64,000 bases of DNA from Patescibacteria group bacterium (lineage in GTDB: Bacteria > Patescibacteriota > UBA1384 > 2-12-FULL-50-11). The position numbers and the translations under genes were made by a program. Position 1 is the first letter of the stretch. Every line of letters begins with the position of its first letter. The DNA is taken from the NCBI GenBank assembly GCA_022843855.1, contig JALHMV010000002.1:14496-78495 (forward strand). The letters are read 5' to 3'. Of the stretch, positions 27,293 through 36,160 are shown piece after piece. The notes below the pieces were generated by a model. That model ran no database searches and was not told the origin of the DNA. It worked only from the letters and a program-made list of their open reading frames with translations.

Positions 27293-27958
27293 TTATTGAT
27301 CGTCATGCAGTTGGGTTGCTTCGTCGGCCAGTCTTTTGAAGAGACGCTCCAGTTTGTTGTTCATCGCTTGTCGAGAGACGCCACGCTTGGCGGCGAGCTC
27401 AGCAACCGACTGGCCCGATCCACTCTCAAGACCAAATCTGTCAATGATTAACTGCCGCTCTTCTGTTTCAAGAGTCGCTAGTAGCTGGGAAACAAGTAGG
27501 CGATCGAGCGACGGGACATGAGTTGGGTCTCTATCAATCAGACTGTCGCCCACCGTCACAACCCGACCATTACCACCAACAACCGGTTGCTCAAACGACA
27601 TATTCAGATGAGGAGGGATGACGCTTTTGCGGCAAGCGTGGCGAATGAGACGAGCACACTGCCATCTCATTTGCGTGATGACAAAGCTTCGCCAGGACAT
27701 CCCACGATTCGGCTCATAGGCCCGGAAAGCAGCGACCACAACCGGTCGGAGCAGCTGCTCCCAGTTCAGCCGATCTTCCGAGGAGAGAAGCGGGAACATC
27801 TGAGCAAGGGTCACTTGGACATATCGCTCGGCATCGGCGACAACCTGTTCTTCTATGCTCATGCGCTCGACTGCCGAAGTGGCGGGGTCACGATGCCGGC
27901 GCAGCCGGACTTCAAAGTCATCCGGATTCTTCTTCAAGGTGCGCTCCAGATACCGCAT
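27293..27958 (-). CDS. Divergent sigma-70 family alternative sigma factor
   Basis: Region 2-like AFRAYEPNRGMSWRSFVITQMRW; region 4 LETEERQLIIDRFGL..SVAELAAKRGVSRQAMN. Confidence 0.8.
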   Translation of the reverse strand: MRYLERTLKKNPDDFEVRLRRHRDPATSAVERMSIEEQVVADAERYVQVTLAQMFPLLSSEDRLNWEQLLRPVVVAAFRAYEPNRGMSWRSFVITQMRWQCARLIRHACRKSVIPPHLNMSFEQPVVGGNGRVVTVGDSLIDRDPTHVPSLDRLLVSQLLATLETEERQLIIDRFGLESGSGQSVAELAAKRGVSRQAMNNKLERLFKRLADEATQLHDDQ

Positions 27959-28036
27959 CGTACTCGAAACAACGACGAAAAACAATCAGCAGCCGATTAT
28001 CGCCGGCGGAGACTGGGCAGCCGGATTAATAGTACG

Positions 28037-29149
28037 TTAGCTGAGGTAGTCCTTGAGGCGCGATGACTCTTCGTGTTTTTTGAGCTTCTGCAACGCTTTG
28101 GCTTCGATTTGCCGAATACGCTCGCGGGTAACGCCGAATTCTTTTCCAACTTCTTCGAGCGTGTGGGTCTTGCCGCCGTCGTCCAGACCAAAGCGCATCC
28201 GCAAGATCTTCTGCTCCCGGGGCGTCAGGATCGCCAGCGAATCCTGAACATGACCCTTCATGAGCTGGTAGATCGCCTGCTCCTCGGGCGACATCTGCTG
28301 TTTGTCTTCGATAAATTCACCGAGTGTTGAGTCGTTTTCCTCGCCAACCGGCGCCTCAAGCGAGACGATGTCCTGCGAAATCTTCATGATGTGTTCCAGC
28401 TTTTCGACTTCGATACCAAGCTTCTTAGCCAGCTCCTCGTAGGACGGCTCGCGGCCGAGCTCTTGTTGAAGCTCACGCTGAACGCGCATGTAACGGTTAA
28501 TCGTCTCAACCATATGAACCGGGATACGAATAACACGAGCCTGGTCAGCGATTGCGCGCGTAATCGCCTGCCGGATCCACCACGTCGCGTAGGTCGAGAA
28601 CTTAAAGCCTTTTTTATAATCAAATTTTTCGACAGCGCGCTGTAAGCCCAGATTGCCTTCCTGGACCAAGTCCAAGAGCGTCAGGCCCCGACCGATATAT
28701 TTTTTGGCGATCGAAACCACCAGGCGTAAGTTGGCTTCCGTGAGCCGGCGTTTAGCTGCTTTGTCGCCGCGTTCGATTCTTTTTGCTAACCGCACTTCTT
28801 CGCTTGAAGATAGGAGCGGGTACTGTCCGATCTCGCGCAAGTACATCCGGACCGAGTCGTCCGACATGCCTGTCAGATCGTCATCCTTGTCGGGCTTCTT
28901 TTTCATGTCTTCTTCGCTCGGGATTTCGAGAAGCGGTTTGGCGTCACGAATCTCGACACCAATCTGACCGAGGTACTTGGTAAACGAGTCGATCATCTCC
29001 AGATCCTCTTCCGGCTCCGGATAGGCTTGGATAATCTCTTTATACGTTACAAAACCGTGCTGCCGACCCTTGCGGATCAGATACATGAGTTCTTCCGGGA
29101 AACTTACCCCGGCGTCTTGTTTCAGTTTCTTGGGAACTGCTTTTGCCAT
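28037..29149 (-). CDS. rpoD: Primary RNA polymerase sigma factor RpoD/SigA
   Basis: [69 protein letters not shown]. Confidence 0.98.
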   Translation of the reverse strand: MAKAVPKKLKQDAGVSFPEELMYLIRKGRQHGFVTYKEIIQAYPEPEEDLEMIDSFTKYLGQIGVEIRDAKPLLEIPSEEDMKKKPDKDDDLTGMSDDSVRMYLREIGQYPLLSSSEEVRLAKRIERGDKAAKRRLTEANLRLVVSIAKKYIGRGLTLLDLVQEGNLGLQRAVEKFDYKKGFKFSTYATWWIRQAITRAIADQARVIRIPVHMVETINRYMRVQRELQQELGREPSYEELAKKLGIEVEKLEHIMKISQDIVSLEAPVGEENDSTLGEFIEDKQQMSPEEQAIYQLMKGHVQDSLAILTPREQKILRMRFGLDDGGKTHTLEEVGKEFGVTRERIRQIEAKALQKLKKHEESSRLKDYLS

Positions 29150-29175
29150 GTTTGTACTCCTTTAATTTAATCTAA

Positions 29176-29268
29176 ACGACAATGCTTCTTCGGCTTTGCG
29201 GAGCGGGGTACGCGAGCAGAAGCGCAAAGGTGAGCACATTTTTGACGCGGCCGAAGAGGTATTGTCGT
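29176..29268. repeat. 93-bp palindromic MITE/REP-like element between dnaG and rpoD
   Basis: Terminal inverted repeats acgacaatgcttcttcggc / gccgaagaggtattgtcgt (17/19); inner ctttgcg/cgcaaag. Confidence 0.7.
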
Positions 29269-29270
29269 CA

Positions 29271-31013
29271 TCATCCTCGCTCCTTCGCAAGTTTGCTTAA
29301 TTCTTGCATTAGTTGTTTGACTTGGTTGATATCGCCTTTTTCCTGAGCGCGCCGAATATCCTGAGCGAGCGCTTCCTTGCGACGCTCGTAGCCCTTCGTC
29401 GCGAGTTGACCGAGTTTTTCGCGAAGCAATTCGCCCATGAGTTCGTCAGATATTTCTCCCCACTGATTGGAGAGCCAAAATTGCCACGAGTCGATCTTCT
29501 CACTTACACGTGAGTCAAGGTTGGTTTTTACCTGCGAAAGGAAGACAGACGGCGTTTTCGTCAAGGTCTTGTCAGTATACGCTTTTTTAACCTCGTCGGC
29601 AATCCGGCTAGCCTGTTCACTTTGCCAGACTACCTGCTCAAATTCCGGCTTCATTTTGACCGCGATATCTGGCCGAGCTAAAACGGCGGCAAGAAGCTGC
29701 TCCTCGTTCGTTAGATTTTGAACAGGTACCCGCTCCGGTTGAGTCCCTTGTGATTTTGAGTGAGCAGCAAGACCGGCTTTCTCAAGAGCAGCGTACACCG
29801 CATCATTTTTGACCCCGATCGATAACGCGAGACGCTGCACGTAGTGATCGAGTCGGGTCGGCTCAGTCACCAGCTGCAAGATCGGCAACATCGCTTTTAC
29901 CACTTTCTTTTTATTCTCAATGAACTGGAGGTCTCCAGCGGCTGCGACCTCTTGGCTGATCCACCACTCCAAGCCTTCCTTCGCTTGCTTAACACGCTCG
30001 GGCCAGGCCTTCGGATCCTTTTCCAAGAGCTCACCAGCGTCTTTGGCGCCGGCAAAATCAACAACCTTAACGTTGAGATCAAATCTCAGAAGCGCCTCGA
30101 TCACCTTTTTCGTCGTTGCAACCCCAGCCGAGTCAGCATCAAACGCCAGCAAAAAATTTGTTGTGTACTTCGAGAGAATTAGTAGTTGGGCGTCGGTAAT
30201 GGCTGTTCCCGAACTGGCTACCGCCTGGGTTGCCCCCGCTTGATGGAGCGCGACCACATCCATCTGGCCCTCAACGAGCACGACGTAATCGCGCTCTTTG
30301 ATGCCGGCCTTGGCAAAGTTCAGTCCGTAGATCGTCCTACTCTTGCTAAAAAGCGGGCTGTCGGGTGAGTTGAGGTACTTTGGCTGCGTGTCACCGAGGA
30401 CGCGCCCGGTAAAAGCGATCGTGTGGCCGAGCACATCTTGGATCGGAAACATAATTCGATCAAAGAACTTGTCCGGTGAGCCAGCTTTGACGATATCGGC
30501 AGCGCTAAAACCACGCTTGAGAAGGAAATCGCGCAAACTGAACGTACGCGGGACAAAACCAATGCCAAACTGTTTGATTGTTTCTTCGCTTAAGCCACGC
30601 TTCTTAAGATACTCAAGCGCAGTTTTAGCGACCGGCTGCTCGAGTAGTATCTTCTGAAAAACTTTCGCAGCTAGATTATTGATGCCGTAGAGCGTCTCTT
30701 TTTTGTCGCGAGTTTGGTGTTCGGCCTGGGTCCGCGGCTGAAGCGTCACGCCGGCTTTTTGAGCAAGGAGTCGCAAGGCATCGCCAAACTCGAGGTGCTC
30801 GGCTTCCATGATAAATTTGAAGTGGTCGCCGCCACGGCCGCAGCCAAAGCACTTCCAAATCTGCTTCTGGGGGCTGACCATCATTGACGGGGTTTTTTCC
30901 TGATGGAACGGACAAACGCACTTGTAGTTGGCGCCAGCTTTTTTGAGCGTGACGTACTGACCGATCAGATCCGTCAGATCCAGGCGCGATTTTACTTCTT
31001 CGACTTCGTTCAT
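29271..31013 (-). CDS. dnaG: DNA primase
   Basis: CPFHQEKTPS..CFGCGRGGD zinc finger; KYLNSP; VEGQMDV; FDADSAG. Start MNEVEEVK at 31013. Confidence 0.97.
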   Translation of the reverse strand: MNEVEEVKSRLDLTDLIGQYVTLKKAGANYKCVCPFHQEKTPSMMVSPQKQIWKCFGCGRGGDHFKFIMEAEHLEFGDALRLLAQKAGVTLQPRTQAEHQTRDKKETLYGINNLAAKVFQKILLEQPVAKTALEYLKKRGLSEETIKQFGIGFVPRTFSLRDFLLKRGFSAADIVKAGSPDKFFDRIMFPIQDVLGHTIAFTGRVLGDTQPKYLNSPDSPLFSKSRTIYGLNFAKAGIKERDYVVLVEGQMDVVALHQAGATQAVASSGTAITDAQLLILSKYTTNFLLAFDADSAGVATTKKVIEALLRFDLNVKVVDFAGAKDAGELLEKDPKAWPERVKQAKEGLEWWISQEVAAAGDLQFIENKKKVVKAMLPILQLVTEPTRLDHYVQRLALSIGVKNDAVYAALEKAGLAAHSKSQGTQPERVPVQNLTNEEQLLAAVLARPDIAVKMKPEFEQVVWQSEQASRIADEVKKAYTDKTLTKTPSVFLSQVKTNLDSRVSEKIDSWQFWLSNQWGEISDELMGELLREKLGQLATKGYERRKEALAQDIRRAQEKGDINQVKQLMQELSKLAKERG

Positions 31014-31047
31014 GGGTTGGATGAGTGAATTTAACCTTAAAAGCAGG

Positions 31048-31053
31048 TAGAAT
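31048..31053 (+). promoter_or_regulatory. Candidate -10 box for the tRNA-Ser locus
   Basis: TAGAAT 14 nt before the first tRNA 5'-end copy. Confidence 0.45.
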
Positions 31054-31067
31054 ACAAAGGACTTTTT

Positions 31068-31192
31068 GGAAGAGTCGCCTTGATGGTCTATGTGAAGCCA
31101 GCTCCGCTGGCGGAAGAGGGCCACTTGGCAAAATGGAAGAGTCGCCTAGTGGCCTATCTTGAGCTTTGCGAAAGAAGGCCAGTTGGCAAAAT
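31068..31192 (+). repeat. Two extra copies of the tRNA-Ser 5' end with short spacers
   Basis: ggaagagtcgccttgatggtctatg (31068, variant) and ggaagagtcgcctagtggcctat (31135, exact); both spacers end in ggcca(c/g)ttggcaaaat. Confidence 0.9.
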
Positions 31193-31279
31193 GGAAGAGT
31201 CGCCTAGTGGCCTATGGCGCCGCCTTGGAAAGGCGGTTTACCCTCACGGGTATCGTGGGTTCAAATCCCACCTCTTCCG
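31193..31279 (+). tRNA. trnS: tRNA-Ser(GGA), CCA not encoded
   Basis: Acceptor GGAAGAG/CTCTTCC plus G73; anticodon arm CCGCC-TT-GGA-AA-GGCGG; long variable arm TACCC-TCAC-GGGTA; T-arm GTGGGTTCAAATCCCAC. Confidence 0.95.
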
Positions 31280-31474
31280 CAGTACAAGGCAACTGCTCCC
31301 CGCACTTCTAGGATTCGTCCAGCGTGCCCGTTTCTCCCGTTGGTCGAAATCGTGGGTTCAAATCCCACCTCTTCCGCAGTACAAGGCAACTGCTCCCCGC
31401 ACTTCTAGGATTCGTCCAGCGTGCCCGTTTCTCCCGTTGGTCGAAATCGTGGGTTCAAATCCCACCTCTTCCGC
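31252..31474 (+). repeat. 97-bp tandem repeat (2.3 copies) giving two extra tRNA-Ser 3' ends
   Basis: atcgtgggttcaaatcccacctcttccgc at 31252, 31349 and 31446, separated by an identical 68-nt spacer. Confidence 0.95.
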
Positions 31475-31507
31475 GATATTGGTAGACTAACAAGAGAAGG
31501 AGAAGGA

Positions 31508-31885
31508 ATGAAAAATCGTGTGGTGCATTTTGAGATTGGCTCGGAAAATCCGGGTAAGTTGTCGGAGTTTTATAAGAAAGCGCTCGGCTGGGAGATTAAC
31601 GAGTGGCCGGGGAGCGACTACTGGATGGTCGGTAAGGAAGAGGACCGCGCTGTTGGCGCCATCAACGGCGGCATCATGAAACGGTTTGAGAAAGAAGGGA
31701 CGATCAACACGATCGAGGTTGAGGATATCGAAGCCTCAATCAAAGACGTAATCGATGCTGGCGGCACGATCGCCAAACCACTCGCCGACATGGACTTCGG
31801 CGACGACCAGATTATGCGTTGGTGCTACTGCAAAGACCCAGACGGCAACGTCTTCAGCCTGATGCAGGTGGTCCCCAAGAAGTAA
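31508..31885 (+). CDS. VOC/glyoxalase family protein
   Basis: VVHFEI..FYKKALGW..GAINGG..DPDGNVFSL; AAGGA SD. Confidence 0.9.
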   Translation: MKNRVVHFEIGSENPGKLSEFYKKALGWEINEWPGSDYWMVGKEEDRAVGAINGGIMKRFEKEGTINTIEVEDIEASIKDVIDAGGTIAKPLADMDFGDDQIMRWCYCKDPDGNVFSLMQVVPKK

Positions 31886-32344
31886 TTACTGGCCTTCGCG
31901 CTTTTTGCGCGCTTCCATTAGTTCGACAGTGTCTTTAATGAGTCGGCGCAAGACTGACTCGTCGATGTCGGAGAGCTTGTTGAAATAAAGACAGACCTTG
32001 CTGGTCGTGTGCTTGCCGAGCTTCTTTAGGAGCGGTGTTGGGTCGTAGCCAGACGCGATCGAATACTCCTCAAAGCCGGTCATGATGTAAGCAGTCATGG
32101 ACTGGACTCGCGGCGAGAATCCAGTCAGCGGCATATCGCCCTCCCGACCGGAGGCGTACTTGTAGTGGTACGTCCCGAAGCCGATAATAGCCGGTCCCCA
32201 CATTTTGGCGGGGTAGCCCGTCTCCTCCTCAAAGATTTTCAAGAGCTTCAAGGCATCTTCACGGCGCTGCTTGTTGGGAACGCCGAGGATAAAGGCCTTA
32301 ACATCTCCATCGTTCTCGACGGTTTTGTTTTCGTTTCTGCTCAT
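31886..32344 (-). CDS. DUF1801 domain protein
   Basis: MWGPAIIGFGTYHYKYASGREGD..GFSPR..LGKH.TSKVCLY. Confidence 0.88.
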   Translation of the reverse strand: MSRNENKTVENDGDVKAFILGVPNKQRREDALKLLKIFEEETGYPAKMWGPAIIGFGTYHYKYASGREGDMPLTGFSPRVQSMTAYIMTGFEEYSIASGYDPTPLLKKLGKHTTSKVCLYFNKLSDIDESVLRRLIKDTVELMEARKKREGQ

Positions 32345-32391
32345 TAGGCAGATTCTAGCAAAATTGAGTCACTACCCGCATAATCCAAGCG

Positions 32392-32811
32392 ATGCGTCTT
32401 TGGAGCCTCCACCCGAAAAATCTGGACCGTCAGGGCTTGCTCGCCCTTTGGCGCGAAGGATTGCTCGCTAAGAAAGTCCTCAGAGGCGGGACGAAGGGTT
32501 ACGCCAACCACCCGCAGCTACAACGCTTTCGCTCTCACGCTGATAGTGGAGCAGCGATTAATCACTTCCTGCATGTAGTTGCTGACGAGGCCCAGCGGCG
32601 AGGCTATCGCTTTGACCGTAGTAAACTGCAAGCTGTCGATGGAGTCGAGCCTATTGCAGTGACAAGCGGTCAGGTTGAGTACGAATTTGAGCACCTTCGT
32701 AAGAAACTATCCGCTCGAGACCCGGCTCGCGTCGACACTCTCACCAACGACGTTCACCCGCTCTTTCGCGTCATCGACGGACCTGTTGAACGCTGGGAGA
32801 TTGTTAAATGA
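32392..32811 (+). CDS. Pyrimidine dimer DNA glycosylase / endonuclease V family
   Basis: MRLWSLHP..LD..GLLALWREGLLA..GY.NHPQL.RF. Confidence 0.88.
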   Translation: MRLWSLHPKNLDRQGLLALWREGLLAKKVLRGGTKGYANHPQLQRFRSHADSGAAINHFLHVVADEAQRRGYRFDRSKLQAVDGVEPIAVTSGQVEYEFEHLRKKLSARDPARVDTLTNDVHPLFRVIDGPVERWEIVK

Positions 32812-33380
32812 ATCGCTGTAGCTGGCCGGGTAATAACGACCTAATGGTCAAGTACCACGACGAGGAGTGGGGTACACCCTGCCGGGACGACCGCAGATTG
32901 TTTGAGTACCTAGTTCTTGATGCGTTTCAAGCCGGTTTAAGTTGGGCTATTGTACTGAAGAAACGGGAAGGGTTCCGTGCGGCGTTTGAAGATTTTGACC
33001 CAATCAAGATCGCCCGTTATGACGAGACTAAGATCCAAGCACTCCTCCAAGACGCGGGTATAATTCGTAACCAGGCTAAGGTCCGCGGCACCGTCACCAA
33101 CGCCCAACAGTTCCTGGCGATCCAAGCAGAGCTGGGCAGCTTCTCGAACTATGTTTGGAGCTTCGTCGGTGGCAAGACGATTCAGAACAATTGGTCGAGC
33201 GACTCTGACATTCCGGCGACCAGCCCCGAGTCAGACGCCATGGCAGCCGATATGAAAAAACGCGGCTTCAAGTTCTGTGGCCGGGCGATCTGCTACGCCT
33301 TCATGCAAGCCGCTGGCCTCGTCAATGACCACGTCACCGACTGCTTCCGCTACCAAGCGGTCAAAGGTATAGTAAGGTAG
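32808..33380 (+). CDS. tag: DNA-3-methyladenine glycosylase I
   Basis: RCSW..YHDEEWG..LFE..QAGLSW..GIIRN..MQAAGLVNDH..C. Confidence 0.96.
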   Translation: MNRCSWPGNNDLMVKYHDEEWGTPCRDDRRLFEYLVLDAFQAGLSWAIVLKKREGFRAAFEDFDPIKIARYDETKIQALLQDAGIIRNQAKVRGTVTNAQQFLAIQAELGSFSNYVWSFVGGKTIQNNWSSDSDIPATSPESDAMAADMKKRGFKFCGRAICYAFMQAAGLVNDHVTDCFRYQAVKGIVR

Positions 33381-33382
33381 TC

Positions 33383-34129
33383 ATGACCTGGCGAATCATC
33401 GCGGTACTCACCACCATCCTCACCCTTGTCGTCAACGGACTCGCCACAGCGCTGCCGCTCAATGGGCTAACCACTGCTGAGATTTCTGACAGCTTCAGCG
33501 TTTTCTTTGTACCAGCCGGTTATGTGTTTAGTATTTGGGGGGTCATCTATCTACTCTTAATCGCCTTCTCCGCCTACCTTTTCACCACGGAGGGTAAAAA
33601 CGATCCAGTCGCAACTCGGATCCTGCCGTGGTACGTCGTTAGCGCCTTTGCCAACTCAATCTGGCTGTTTTGTTGGCACTACCAACAATTCGGCCTCAGT
33701 GTGGTGGTTATGCTCGTGCTTTTAGCTACTTTACTGCGAATCTACACGCTTCTCCCCACCCCCACGACACGCGCTCAAACGTGGGCTCGTAACCTCCCTT
33801 TTAGTGTTTACTTGGGCTGGATCTCGGTCGCAACGATCGCCAACGTGAGCGCGTATCTCGATTTGATCAGCTGGAGCGCTTTCGGCTTAAGTGAGCGAAC
33901 CTGGGCGGTGATTATGGTTATCGTTGCTGGGCTACTCGGTTCACTGATGGCTATCCGTAAACGAGAGATCGCCTACCCGCTTGTGATCGCCTGGGCGCTA
34001 ATCGGCATTAGCGTTAACTTCCCTGAGCAAAGCACGATTACCAGAGCTGTTATCGTCTCGACGATCATGATTATGGTCGCACTCATCGCGAGCGTTCGAA
34101 GTAGTAGTACTCCGGCCCGGACAACGTAG
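33383..34129 (+). CDS. Tryptophan-rich sensory (TspO-like) membrane protein
   Basis: PAGYVFSIWGVIY, PFSVYLGWISVATIAN; multiple TM segments. Confidence 0.8.
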   Translation: MTWRIIAVLTTILTLVVNGLATALPLNGLTTAEISDSFSVFFVPAGYVFSIWGVIYLLLIAFSAYLFTTEGKNDPVATRILPWYVVSAFANSIWLFCWHYQQFGLSVVVMLVLLATLLRIYTLLPTPTTRAQTWARNLPFSVYLGWISVATIANVSAYLDLISWSAFGLSERTWAVIMVIVAGLLGSLMAIRKREIAYPLVIAWALIGISVNFPEQSTITRAVIVSTIMIMVALIASVRSSSTPARTT

Positions 34130-34276
34130 GATCCATCGGCGAGAGAATAACGCTCGAGGGAAGGAAATGGCTAGTGGTGCGCCCACTTTGATGCAGGCTC
34201 AGTGATCGGTCTCTGTACGAGGCTAGACGCTGACTCAATCTTTCGATAGAATGTCGGTGACCGAAGGACACGAACC

Positions 34277-35224
34277 ATGAAAACAAGTCAATTGTTCGTA
34301 GCTGTCATGGCTGCGCTCTGGATTCTTCTGGCTGGATGTCAAACCGCCGCCTCCAGAGACAATGACGCCGCCGGTGCGACGCCGCGATTCCCCCACCGAG
34401 ACAACGCCGAGCCGCCAACGAGCGACAAGATCGGTCAGAGTATCCGAGATGCCGTGGAAACCCACGAGATTGCCATCACGGATATCATCCGAACGACTGG
34501 CACTGAGAGAGTCCGAGTCTTGACGGATATCGTCAGCCTGACCGAGGAGCAAGTTGGGGAGATCGCGGACGAGATCCGGGAGATCTCGGTCGAGTCAGCG
34601 CCAGCGTTGACCGGACCGAAGAAGCACTCACTTGATCTCGCCAAAGCAGTCGAGGAATGGCACAAGCGATCTCGCGAGATGCTTGGTCGACAGGATGCGC
34701 TCTCCAAGCGCAACCTTGAGGACGCTACCGACCACCTTATCGCTGAGTTCGAAGGCTTCCAGGACCAACCGGGTAGCCCGCTTGAGCGCTTCGACGGCGA
34801 GCCAAGTCGACTTCGTCGAGCAACGGCGGTCATCGTTCAAGTCGCCGAGGCCGCTCGCAACGCCTCTGTGGCTCGGCCGACGAGCGCCGCCCAACGTCCC
34901 CGATCGTCAACCAGCCCGCCTGCGTCATCGGCGTCAAGCGGTCGTCCGGTTGCAGCTGTCGGACTGTTACCGGTGTCGGCGTTCCGTCTACTCACTGAGG
35001 CGGACCTGCGGTACTTCTCTCCGAGAGAGCTCACGCTTATCCGGAACGAGATCTACGCCCGGCACGGTCGGACGTTCCAGACAGCGTGGATTCAAGCGTA
35101 CTTCGACTCCCAGAGTTGGTACCAACGAGACCCGACGTACCGCGATTCCTGGCTGAGCCGGACTGAGGCTAGAAACGCTGCCTTCGTCGCCGACTATCAA
35201 CGTCGGACCGGGCAGACGTACTAA
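34277..35224 (+). CDS. Lipoprotein with C-terminal YARHG domain
   Basis: Lipobox LAGC; LIRNEIYARHGRTF..YFDSQSWY. Confidence 0.88.
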   Translation: MKTSQLFVAVMAALWILLAGCQTAASRDNDAAGATPRFPHRDNAEPPTSDKIGQSIRDAVETHEIAITDIIRTTGTERVRVLTDIVSLTEEQVGEIADEIREISVESAPALTGPKKHSLDLAKAVEEWHKRSREMLGRQDALSKRNLEDATDHLIAEFEGFQDQPGSPLERFDGEPSRLRRATAVIVQVAEAARNASVARPTSAAQRPRSSTSPPASSASSGRPVAAVGLLPVSAFRLLTEADLRYFSPRELTLIRNEIYARHGRTFQTAWIQAYFDSQSWYQRDPTYRDSWLSRTEARNAAFVADYQRRTGQTY

Positions 35225-35232
35225 ATCAAAAT

Positions 35233-35255
35233 GCCCCCGACCGTTGGTCGGGGGC
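35233..35255. terminator. Hairpin between convergent genes
   Basis: gcccccgacc-gtt-ggtcgggggc. Confidence 0.7.
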
Positions 35256-35273
35256 GAAACATATCGCTCAACC

Positions 35274-35963
35274 CTACTGGCCGAGCAACGTCGTCTTGAG
35301 CGCTCGGACAACAGCGCTCGCGTAGGCTCGCTCATTGCCTGCTCGGTCAATCCAGTCAACGCCGGCCGCGTTCAGCGGCACCACTTCCAGGAGGACCACT
35401 GGTACCGTGGCGTACCGCGAACCCGTCAACAAGCCGTTCTGCCGGGCACCAACCGCCGTCTGTTCGTCAGAACGAACACCGCCGCGTCGAATCTGCGAGT
35501 CGAGCGTTGGTTCGATTGACTGCCAAATGACCCGAGCAAGCTCTTCGCTCCGGCCGGCCAGCTCTCGATCCGGATGTCGGCGAGGAACATAGAGCGCCGC
35601 TGCGCCGTTCGGGGCGTCGAACTGCAAACGCAGGAACAGCGCTGCCCCAACGCCGTTGGCAATCTCGGCTCGTCGACGGTTGTCCTCAACCTGGTTTTTG
35701 GCCCCGAGATCGTCGCGCGAACCGCGCCGCGTCACGACAACCCGGAACCCCGCCTCAACGAGCATTGGCTCGAGCACTTCGGCCAGTCGAAGCGCTCGAC
35801 TCGCCTCACCGACAGCACCCTCAGGGTTTGCGACGGTCCCGTGACCGGGATCAACGCAGATGACAGGAGCCGCTGCCAGAGGACGAACTGTGGGGTCGGC
35901 TAGGGATGACGAAAGAGACGATCCGGCCGTTACGGCCGCTGCTAGTAGTAGCGAAAGGAACAT
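35274..35963 (-). CDS. N-acetylmuramoyl-L-alanine amidase (Amidase_3) family, secreted
   Basis: Signal peptide; ICVDPGHG, GE, VVVTR, RRAEIAN, VPVVLLEV; GGAG SD before ATG 35963. Confidence 0.85.
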   Translation of the reverse strand: MFLSLLLAAAVTAGSSLSSSLADPTVRPLAAAPVICVDPGHGTVANPEGAVGEASRALRLAEVLEPMLVEAGFRVVVTRRGSRDDLGAKNQVEDNRRRAEIANGVGAALFLRLQFDAPNGAAALYVPRRHPDRELAGRSEELARVIWQSIEPTLDSQIRRGGVRSDEQTAVGARQNGLLTGSRYATVPVVLLEVVPLNAAGVDWIDRAGNERAYASAVVRALKTTLLGQ

Positions 35964-36160
35964 GGTTCTCCGTCGGAAGTTTAACTTACTTCGCTGCGTC
36001 AATCAAGAGACAGCCCGTCCCATCGCCAAATACGGAACCGGCCGTAGACGATCTGTTATTGACGGGCTTCTTCTGTTTGGCCAGTATTGAACAAGCAGCT
36101 TTGTGGTCTCTCCCAAATTAGGGAGAATTCTCCAATAACCAGCCATAGAACAGTCAATAG

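Noticed and set aside
31068-31474. CRISPR array or several complete tRNA genes
   Set aside because: The repeats are tRNA fragments, the 3' spacers are identical, and only one anticodon arm exists.
31014-31507. N-terminal extensions of dnaG (to 31124) and the VOC gene (from 31421), plus ORFs 31080-31490 and 31214-31408
   Set aside because: They run through the tRNA and its repeats; better starts exist at 31013 and 31508.
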